From contig CBDCWI010000002.1 in NCBI GenBank assembly GCA_965223325.1, positions 3,168,001 through 3,232,000 on the forward strand: DNA of 64,000 nucleotides. The letters are read 5' to 3'. Source of the stretch: Candidatus Multivoradales bacterium (lineage in GTDB: Bacteria > Acidobacteriota > Thermoanaerobaculia > Multivoradales > Multivoraceae). This document shows positions 56,844 to 64,000 of this stretch, in pieces. The notes beneath the pieces are model-generated. The model searched no databases. It saw only the letters and a list, made by a program, of their open reading frames with translations, and was not told where the DNA came from. The stretch's first letter is position 1. Each line of letters begins with the position of its first letter. A program made the position numbers and the translations under genes.

Positions 56844-58088
56844 ATGGCCGACTCACCTAGCACACCCGCGCCGAGAGAGTTCGCGCCGGTCGAAGAGCAG
56901 ATGGCGCGACTCGAGCGTGGTGCCGTCGACCTCGTCGACCGGGCGACGCTGACGAAGCGACTCGAAGTCTCGCGCTGTTCCGGCAGACCGCTCCTGATCA
57001 AGACCGGGTTCGACCCGACCTCACCTGATCTTCATCTCGGGCATACAGTCCTGCTTCGAAAGATGCGGCACTTCCAGGACTGCGGCCATAAAGTCGTCTT
57101 TCTGGTCGGCGACTTCACCGCCATGATCGGCGACCCGACCGGGAAAAAGACCACCCGACCGCAGCTCTCGCAAGAAGAGGTACGAGAGAACGCGCTCACC
57201 TACCAGGAACAGGCCTGGAAGGTGCTCGATCGCGAGCAGACCATCATCATGTTCAACTCCGAGTGGCTTTCGCCGCTGGGGTCTGAAGGTCTGATCCGGC
57301 TCGCCGGTTCCTACACCCTGGCGCGCATGATGGAACGCGACGACTTTCGAACGCGCTACGAAGAGCATCAACCGATCAGCATTCACGAGCTGCTCTACCC
57401 ACTGGTTCAGGGCTACGACTCGGTCGCCATGGAAGCCGATGTCGAGCTCGGAGGCCACGACCAGATCTTCAACCTGCTGGTCGGCCGTGACTTGATGCGT
57501 GAGCGCCAACTCGCTCCGCAGGTGGTGCTGACGGTGCCGCTGCTGGTCGGTACCGATGGCACCGACAAGATGTCCAAGAGCCTGGGGAACGCGATCGGCG
57601 TTCTCGATAGCCCTAGGGAGATGTACGGCCGCACGATGTCGATTCCCGACACGCTGATGTGGGACTGGTACCTGCTCTTGACCGACACCGAAGAGAGTGC
57701 GATTCAGGCAATGCGCCAAGCGGTCGACGAGGGCAAACAACACCCCAAAGAAGTCAAGCAGCGCTTGGCCCGTTCGATCGTCGAAGATTTTCACGATCAG
57801 GGTGCTGCCCTCGGCGCCGAGCGGGAATTCGAGTCGGTCTTCGCCGGCGGCGGCGTACCAGAGGACACGGAGACCCGGAAGGTGGAGGAGCTACCGGTCC
57901 TGCAGGCCTTTCTCGCTGAGGCCGGCATGGCCAAGAGCAAGGGTGAGGCCCGGCGCCTGATTCAGCAGGGCGCGGTGTCGCTAGACGGCGACAAGATCAC
58001 CGACCCGTTCGCGGCGGTCCCGGCGCGTCTCGAGCCCTACCTCTTGAAGGTGGGCAAGCGGCGTTTTCTCTACGTCCAGGTCGGCTGA
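56844..58088 (+). CDS. tyrS: Tyrosine--tRNA ligase
   Basis: GFDPTSPDLHLGH, YPLVQGYD, GGHDQ, KMSKS, S4 domain VGKRRF. Confidence 0.97.
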   Translation: MADSPSTPAPREFAPVEEQMARLERGAVDLVDRATLTKRLEVSRCSGRPLLIKTGFDPTSPDLHLGHTVLLRKMRHFQDCGHKVVFLVGDFTAMIGDPTGKKTTRPQLSQEEVRENALTYQEQAWKVLDREQTIIMFNSEWLSPLGSEGLIRLAGSYTLARMMERDDFRTRYEEHQPISIHELLYPLVQGYDSVAMEADVELGGHDQIFNLLVGRDLMRERQLAPQVVLTVPLLVGTDGTDKMSKSLGNAIGVLDSPREMYGRTMSIPDTLMWDWYLLLTDTEESAIQAMRQAVDEGKQHPKEVKQRLARSIVEDFHDQGAALGAEREFESVFAGGGVPEDTETRKVEELPVLQAFLAEAGMAKSKGEARRLIQQGAVSLDGDKITDPFAAVPARLEPYLLKVGKRRFLYVQVG

Positions 58089-58187
58089 CGTTCGCCACCT
58101 CGAAGAGAGAGGTGGCCCTTGGCGCCGGATTTGGGCAGAATCGGGGTCACCCCACCGCGGGTTTCCCCAGGACCCGCACTCCCCGTC

Positions 58188-59195
58188 ATGCGCGCCCCTC
58201 TCGTACTCACCTTCGCCATCGCCTTCTTTGGCGTCCTCACCACCCCGCTTCTCGCCGCCGATGAGCTTCTGACCCTGCGCGCCGAAGCCGCGGGCTACCC
58301 GATCCAGATCGAGATCGCGCCCTTTGGAGAGCAGCGGCAGCATCGCGACGCCTTGACCGACGCGCTGCGCGAAATGAACCAGGTCGTCGCCCTCGCCGAT
58401 CCCGACGGTGAGACTCCCGGCGGCCTCGGCGAACTGAACCGTAGCGACGAGGTCGTCGAACTCGACGAGCGCCTGGCAGCGGCGCTGGGGCGCGCCCAGG
58501 TGTTCTGTGGCTGGACGAGGGGCACCCATGGACCCCTCGGAGGCGAGTTGTATCGACTGTGGGGAGTCGGCGGTCAGGCCGAAGCGCTACCCACTCCCGC
58601 CGATCTCGCGGAGCTCGTTTCTGACGCACCCTGCGCTGGACTCGAGCTACCCGGCGACGCCAACATCGCCAGGCGCAGCAGAGGTCGCGTTCTTATGCAT
58701 GGCTTCCTGCGTGGGTGGGCTGTCGACCGGGCGATCGATGTCTTGCGCGCGAGCGGAGCTCCCGGTGCCCGGGTGGCGATGGGTCGCGTCATGCGGGCCT
58801 ATGGCGACAGCCGCGAGGGCGGGGGATGGGCGATCACCCTCACCGCCGATGACGAGGGCTTCATCCAGGAGCGGGTCGTCCTGCGTAACATGGCGGCCGC
58901 CGCCGCCAGCATGGCGCAGCCGCGCATTTCGATTGCCGGTGAGCACTTCGCGCCGTACCTCAATCAACGGACCGGGCGGCCGACTGCGGATGGGAAACTC
59001 GCCGTGATGACCGCCACCGAACTGGCCTTCGATGCCGAGGGCCTCGCCGTCACCCTCTGGTTGTGGAGCCAACGCGAGGGTACCTACCGTCTCGGCGAAC
59101 TCCAGCCGGAGCCGGCGGTGCTCTGGCTCAGCGGCACCGGCGAAGGCGACCCGCTCCTGTTCCAGCGCGGCTGGGCTCGCCTCCCCAAATGGTAG
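58188..59195 (+). CDS. Divergent FAD:protein FMN transferase (ApbE-like)
   Basis: Signal peptide; LGELNR, TRGTHGPLGG.L..LWG (aligns to FDPT..L..LWG), RGWAVDRA (aligns to KGYAVD), W.I, NQRTGRP (aligns to DPRTG.P). Confidence 0.7.
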   Translation: MRAPLVLTFAIAFFGVLTTPLLAADELLTLRAEAAGYPIQIEIAPFGEQRQHRDALTDALREMNQVVALADPDGETPGGLGELNRSDEVVELDERLAAALGRAQVFCGWTRGTHGPLGGELYRLWGVGGQAEALPTPADLAELVSDAPCAGLELPGDANIARRSRGRVLMHGFLRGWAVDRAIDVLRASGAPGARVAMGRVMRAYGDSREGGGWAITLTADDEGFIQERVVLRNMAAAAASMAQPRISIAGEHFAPYLNQRTGRPTADGKLAVMTATELAFDAEGLAVTLWLWSQREGTYRLGELQPEPAVLWLSGTGEGDPLLFQRGWARLPKW

Positions 59196-59265
59196 GAGGT
59201 GTCGAGTCGAGGACACCTCGTTCGTCGACTGGATGACACCAACTCAGAACCCCGAGGTCCTCCAC

Positions 59266-59796
59266 ATGCCACACGCCCAAATCGTCGGTCTTGTTCTCGC
59301 CTGCATCTTCATCTCGGCGCCGGTCGTAGCCGGCGAAGAAACCGCCGCACCGAGCGACACCGCTCACAACGTCGCTCTCGTCCACCAACATCTTGACTGG
59401 CTGGTTGGATACTGGGTCGGCGAAGGCCTGGGCGGCGTTGCCGAGGAGGCCTGGCTGCCACCCCGGAGCGGTCAGATGGTGGGAACCTTCCGCTTGACCG
59501 TCGACGGCGCCCTGCAGTTCTACGAGACCCTCGTCATCGGCGCGTTCGAGGACGGCGTCGAACTGCGGCTCAAGCACTTCGACAAGGAGCTGCACAGCTG
59601 GGAAGAGAAGAACGATGTCACCTCGTTTCCCTTCGAGTCATCCGAGCCCGGGCACGCACGCTTCCGTGGCCTCGAGTTCATCCGCGAAGGCGACAACGCC
59701 CTGCGTATCGAGCTCAAACTGCGGCGCGGCGAAAAGGTGACCACCGAGATCTTCCACTTCGAGCGTCAGGAGCTGGCGACCGACCCAGGGCCCTGA
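59266..59796 (+). CDS. Exported hypothetical beta-rich protein (DUF6265-like)
   Basis: Signal peptide; LDWLVGYWVG, EEAWLPP..GQMVG.FR, FYE, LRLKHF. Confidence 0.7.
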   Translation: MPHAQIVGLVLACIFISAPVVAGEETAAPSDTAHNVALVHQHLDWLVGYWVGEGLGGVAEEAWLPPRSGQMVGTFRLTVDGALQFYETLVIGAFEDGVELRLKHFDKELHSWEEKNDVTSFPFESSEPGHARFRGLEFIREGDNALRIELKLRRGEKVTTEIFHFERQELATDPGP

Positions 59797-59820
59797 ACGA
59801 TCGCGAACCGGAACCGCAGG

Positions 59821-61419
59821 TCAGTCGCGCAACATCGGGTTGACCACCAGCCAGGTGATCGGAACCGCAGTGACCGCAAGCAGGAGAAGGCCCGGCAGCG
59901 CCGCCCGCGAATAGATGCCCTCGGAGGCCGCCGACCAGGTCAGGGTCGCCAGGCTCTCGAAGCCGATCGGCGCGAGGATCAAGGTGGCCGGCAGCTCCTT
60001 CATCGCGGTCAAGAAGACCAGGCCCGCACCGGCCAGCAGCCCGCGCCTGACCAGCGGAAGGGTCACCGTCGTCATCACCGCGCGCGGCGTCTTGCCGAGC
60101 GAGTGCGCAACCTCTTCGAGCCGCGGTGAGAAGGAAAGAAACGACGCGCGCTGCGCGCGAAGCGCCTCGGGCAGGAACCGAACGACGTAGGCAAACACCA
60201 GAAGTGCCGAGGTCTGGTAGAGCCAGGGCAAGGCCCTGGTGGCAAAGAACACCAACGCCAGAGCAACGACGATTCCCGGCAGCGCGTGCCCACTGAGGCA
60301 GATCCGTTCGACCACGCGGGGTAAAGCGCCACGCCCCCGCACTGCCCACCACACGACCGGTACGGCCAGAATCGTTGCAAGTAGAGCAGCACCCAGCGAG
60401 ACACCGAACGAAGAAGCCGCCGCCTCCAGCGATCGAGCGAGGAGCGGAGCGCTCGAGTCGGCACCCGATCGGGCGAGCCCGCTCCAGCCCCAGGCGACGA
60501 GAACAGCGATCGGCAGGCCGACGGTCATCGTGCCCACCAGGCCGACGAAAGCGACGGCAGGCGCCTTCCAGCGCCCGAGAGCGAAGCGTCGCCGATCGCG
60601 GCGCACCCGGTTGCCAACCAGGCTTCGGGTCGTGCCGAGGAGGCGCCCCTCGAGCGCCACCACCAACAGGGTGACCGAGACTAGAAGCAAAGCCAGAACG
60701 GCCGCCGTGGTGCGATCGAAAAGCCCGCGATAGGCGTTGTAGATCGACAAGGTAAACGTGTCGTAGCGCACCAGGGAGACGGCGCCGAAATCGGAAGCCG
60801 CATACAACGCGATCAACAGGGACCCGCCGAGAACTGCCGGCCGTATCTGAGGCAAGACGATGCGCCTGAAGCTGTCCCAGCTGCTCGAACCGAGACTGCG
60901 AGACGTCTCGAGAAGCGCCGGATCGAGCTCGCGCAGGCGAGCGATCAGAAGCAGATAGAGGTAGGGGTAGACGAACGGAGCGAGCGCCAGGAGCGCTCCG
61001 CTGTAGCCGTAGGCGACCTCAGGCAGTCGGTCGACCCCGAAGGTCTCGAGCAAGCCTTGCAAGGAACCGCGTGGACCGGCCACCGAAACCAGCACCAGCG
61101 CCGCCAGATAAGACGGAAAGACCAGAGGCAAAGCGCCGACCATCCCCCAGAAGCGGCGTGCGGGTAGGTCGGTCCAGGTCACCAGCCAGGCGAAGGGGAC
61201 CGCAATCAAGATCGAAGCCGCGACGGTGCCGGCAGCAAGAGCCGTGGTGCGCCCGAGAAGCCGCAAAGTGCTTGGGGCACCGGCGATCGCAGTGACCCCG
61301 TCGAGGCCGTGGCCAAACGCCCGCACGGCCAGGTAGACCAGCGGCACGTTGACCAGAACCGCCACCAGAACGGCAGCAAAACGCCACCATGGCCCCGGTC
61401 CGAGCCGCGCACCAGCCAT
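59821..61419 (-). CDS. Iron(III) ABC transporter permease, FbpB-like
   Basis: Two BPD_transp_1 halves with EAA loops (LLETSRSLG, LEEVAHSLG), ASDFG, MKELPATL. Confidence 0.88.
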   Translation of the reverse strand: MAGARLGPGPWWRFAAVLVAVLVNVPLVYLAVRAFGHGLDGVTAIAGAPSTLRLLGRTTALAAGTVAASILIAVPFAWLVTWTDLPARRFWGMVGALPLVFPSYLAALVLVSVAGPRGSLQGLLETFGVDRLPEVAYGYSGALLALAPFVYPYLYLLLIARLRELDPALLETSRSLGSSSWDSFRRIVLPQIRPAVLGGSLLIALYAASDFGAVSLVRYDTFTLSIYNAYRGLFDRTTAAVLALLLVSVTLLVVALEGRLLGTTRSLVGNRVRRDRRRFALGRWKAPAVAFVGLVGTMTVGLPIAVLVAWGWSGLARSGADSSAPLLARSLEAAASSFGVSLGAALLATILAVPVVWWAVRGRGALPRVVERICLSGHALPGIVVALALVFFATRALPWLYQTSALLVFAYVVRFLPEALRAQRASFLSFSPRLEEVAHSLGKTPRAVMTTVTLPLVRRGLLAGAGLVFLTAMKELPATLILAPIGFESLATLTWSAASEGIYSRAALPGLLLLAVTAVPITWLVVNPMLRD

Positions 61420-61552
61420 GTTCAGCGGCAGCGCACGAGAAGACGGCGGAACGCTCTTGGAACAAAGGTTTGCGGGTCGCCGTTATATTTGCTGTCGGCG
61501 CTGTTTGCCAGCAGCGCACAGCCTAGGAGCCCATTCTCTACTTGTCGCATCA

Positions 61553-61909
61553 TTGACCGAGCCCTACGAAAGCTGCCCCAGCGGCCCGCCGGTGTCGGCA
61601 CCATCCGACCCTGAAACGCTCGTGGAGCAGAGTACAGCGCAGCTGCAGGCTGAGCTACCTCCCCTGCCCGCCGGGACCCGGGTCGTGCTCCTGGTGCTGG
61701 GGCTGATCCTCCTCGCCCTGGGGCTGATCGGGCTTGCCCTGCCGGTGATCCCACAGACCATTCCGCTCCTCGCTGGAGTCGCGCTGCTGAGTCTCGCCAG
61801 CCGCACGGTTCACAACCTGGTCGTGCGTGCTCTCGGCCGTTGGCCGCGCGCGCTGGCCGCGCTGGTTCGATTCAGGCATCGGCTGCACGCCCTCTTCCAT
61901 AGAGGGTAA
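61553..61909 (+). CDS. Small membrane protein (PGPGW/DUF454-like)
   Basis: LGLILLALGLIGLALPVIPQTIPLLAGVALLS hydrophobic hairpin; start uncertain. Confidence 0.6.
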   Translation: MTEPYESCPSGPPVSAPSDPETLVEQSTAQLQAELPPLPAGTRVVLLVLGLILLALGLIGLALPVIPQTIPLLAGVALLSLASRTVHNLVVRALGRWPRALAALVRFRHRLHALFHRG

Positions 61910-61928
61910 CGGCTACCCCGCCTGCTTT

Positions 61929-63191
61929 CTACTTTGCCCCGTACTGACGCTCGGATGGGCCGACATAGACCTGGCGCGGCCGGTTGATGCGCGACTTCGG
62001 GTCTTCGCGCATCTCTTTCCACTGCGCCAGCCAACCCGGCAAGCGACCGAGGGCGAACATCACGGTGAACATGTTGGTGGGAATACCCATCGCGCGGTAG
62101 AGGATGCCGCTGTAGAAGTCGACATTCGGATACAGCTTGCGCTTGACGAAGTACTCGTCTTCGAGTGCCACCTTCTCGAGGTTCTTCGCTAGATCGAGCA
62201 GCGGATCGTCAACGCCCAGGTCTTCGAGCACTTCGTCAGCCGCGCCCTTGAGGATTCTCGAGCGAGGATCGAAATTCTTGTAGACCCGGTGTCCAAAACC
62301 CATCAGGCGGAACTCGTCGTTCTTGTCCTTCGCCCGATCGACGAACTTCTGGTAATCGCCGCCGCTGGCTTCGATCATCTTGAGCTGTTCAATCACACTC
62401 TGGTTGGCTCCGCCGTGAAGCGGTCCCGAGAGAGCGCTGATGGCAGCGGAGATGGTCTGGAAGAGGCTGGCTTGCGAACTACCGACCATGCGCGCTGCCG
62501 AAGTCGAACAGTTCTGCTCATGATCAGCGTGCAGGATCAACAGCATGTTGAGGGCTCTGGTCACCACCGGATTGATCTCGTAAGGCTCGGCCGGCACCGC
62601 GAACATCATGTTGAGGAAGTTCTCGGAGTAGTCGAGATCGTTTCGGGGGTAGATGAACGGCTGCCCGATGGACTTCTTGTACGAGATGGCCGCAATGGTC
62701 GGCAGCTTGGCAATCAGGCGCACCATGTTGAGGTCGGAAATGGCACGACTGTCGGGGTAGTAGGTGCCCAGCGACGAGATCATCGATGACAGCACCGGCA
62801 TGGGGTGCGCGTCGGGTGCGTAACCCTCGAAGAATTTCTTCATGTCTTCGTGCAGCATGGTGTGACGGCGCACGCTGCGGCGGAAGCCCTCGTTCTCGGC
62901 TTCGGTGGGCAACTCCCCATAGATCAAGAGGTAGGCGACCTCGAGGAACGTCGAGTTCTCGGCAAGCTGCTCGATCGGGTAGCCGCGGTAGCGCAGAATC
63001 CCCTTCTCGCCATCGATGAAGGTGATCGAGCTCTGGCAGGACCCGGTGTTGGCGAAGCCATTGTCGAGCGTGATGAACCCGGTCTCGCCGCGCAGGCGAC
63101 CGATGTCGATCGCCCGCTCTCCCTCGGAACCTTCGACAATCGGAAGCTCGATTTCTCCCCCATCCCAAACCAGTTTCGCCGTACTGCCCAT
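61929..63191 (-). CDS. gltA: Citrate synthase (type II)
   Basis: GILRYRGYPIEQL, ILHADHEQNCST, GPLHGGAN, MGFGHRVYKNFDPR, YPNVDFYSG. Confidence 0.97.
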   Translation of the reverse strand: MGSTAKLVWDGGEIELPIVEGSEGERAIDIGRLRGETGFITLDNGFANTGSCQSSITFIDGEKGILRYRGYPIEQLAENSTFLEVAYLLIYGELPTEAENEGFRRSVRRHTMLHEDMKKFFEGYAPDAHPMPVLSSMISSLGTYYPDSRAISDLNMVRLIAKLPTIAAISYKKSIGQPFIYPRNDLDYSENFLNMMFAVPAEPYEINPVVTRALNMLLILHADHEQNCSTSAARMVGSSQASLFQTISAAISALSGPLHGGANQSVIEQLKMIEASGGDYQKFVDRAKDKNDEFRLMGFGHRVYKNFDPRSRILKGAADEVLEDLGVDDPLLDLAKNLEKVALEDEYFVKRKLYPNVDFYSGILYRAMGIPTNMFTVMFALGRLPGWLAQWKEMREDPKSRINRPRQVYVGPSERQYGAK

Positions 63192-63549
63192 GGAACCCCC
63201 TAGAAGCTCAGTGTCCGCTTCGCAAACGAAGCGACGCGATGCGTCGTTGAATTGATCTTTGAAGTGTTGATCTTGAAAAGTGAATGCTGGTTGCGAAGGC
63301 CCGCCGTCCCCACTTCGGCCCATCTTTCCGCCTCAGTGCTCGATCCGACTCGGGAACCTCCGCTCACCGCGGACCCCTTGGAGGGTCGCGGACGATTCTC
63401 GGTCAGGAGTAGGCAGGAGCCATGGAAGCCGGGGTTCTCTTCGCCGGCGACGGCCTCCTGGATTGACCCGCGAGCTGGTGAGCGGACGCACCATTGTAGC
63501 GCCGGTCCCGCGAGGCTCGCAAGGATTCAGGCGCCGTATCCCCGGCGGC

Positions 63550-64000
63550 TCAACGGCCGCGCTGGTCGCCCCACATCAGTTTGTGCAGCTGCCCTTGCAG
63601 GCGTACTTCGACTCCGTCGGCCAGAACCCAGGCGGCGAGATCGGCGAGCTCGAGCTCACCGGCCACTGGAGAGAACGTCACCGGGCAGCGGATCGGCTGG
63701 TGCTCAGCGAGAAGGGTACGCGCCCACTCATAGTCGTCGCGGCTAGCGAGAACCATCTTCAACTCGTCACGGGGGGTGAGCAACTCGAGGTTCTCGAGAC
63801 GGTTTGCTGCCGACTCACCGCTACCCGGACACTTGACATCGACGATCCGATGCACCCGAGCATCGACGCGCCCGATGTCGAGACCGCCTCCCGTCTCGAG
63901 CAAGACCTGGTAGCCGAGTTCACACAGTCGCTCCATGAGCGCCAGCGCACCCGGCTGGAGCAGTGGCTCGCCGCCGGTCACTTCGACGAGCCGGCAGTCG
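63550..64000 (-). CDS. queE: 7-carboxy-7-deazaguanine synthase, radical SAM (5' end beyond window)
   Basis: VEVTGGEPLLQ, LETGG, DVKCPGSGE, DELK, FSPV, QLHKLMWG..RG. Confidence 0.9.
   Translation of the reverse strand, partial: DCRLVEVTGGEPLLQPGALALMERLCELGYQVLLETGGGLDIGRVDARVHRIVDVKCPGSGESAANRLENLELLTPRDELKMVLASRDDYEWARTLLAEHQPIRCPVTFSPVAGELELADLAAWVLADGVEVRLQGQLHKLMWGDQRGR

Overview
GC-rich bacterial chromosome segment, most likely Acidobacteriota (probably Thermoanaerobaculia-like). This is inferred from the 16S sequence and from GWxTD/VWA and duplicated-permease genes typical of the phylum. 1-22 kb is accessory and metabolic: a LytS/LytTR two-component system, TonB-dependent receptor, amidohydrolase and SpdH-like flavoprotein, then a large PQQ sugar-dehydrogenase-like multidomain protein, a vapBC pair, a quinohemoprotein ADH, pduO, an SSS transporter and an SDR. 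22-29 kb is a complete minus-strand rrn operon (16S, tRNA-Ile, tRNA-Ala, 23S, 5S). Its 23S gene is interrupted at E. coli position 1931 by a 679-nt group I intron encoding a single-motif LAGLIDADG homing endonuclease. 29-38 kb holds purSQL-F-M-N headed by two MBL-fold hydrolases, one with a beta-clamp motif, preceded by a 3.5-copy ~243-bp tandem REP/MITE-like array. 38-64 kb holds an Omp85/propeller/peptidase operon, a dprA-[inverted topA+permease]-trmFO-xerC-trx-hslVU cluster, tyrS, a divergent apbE, an fbpB-like permease, gltA and a partial queE. Also seen: a 158-bp MITE with perfect TIRs in a CTAG site, several apparently leaderless genes and an SD-led micro-ORF in front of purF. Start codons were refined by eye and no database searches were run.
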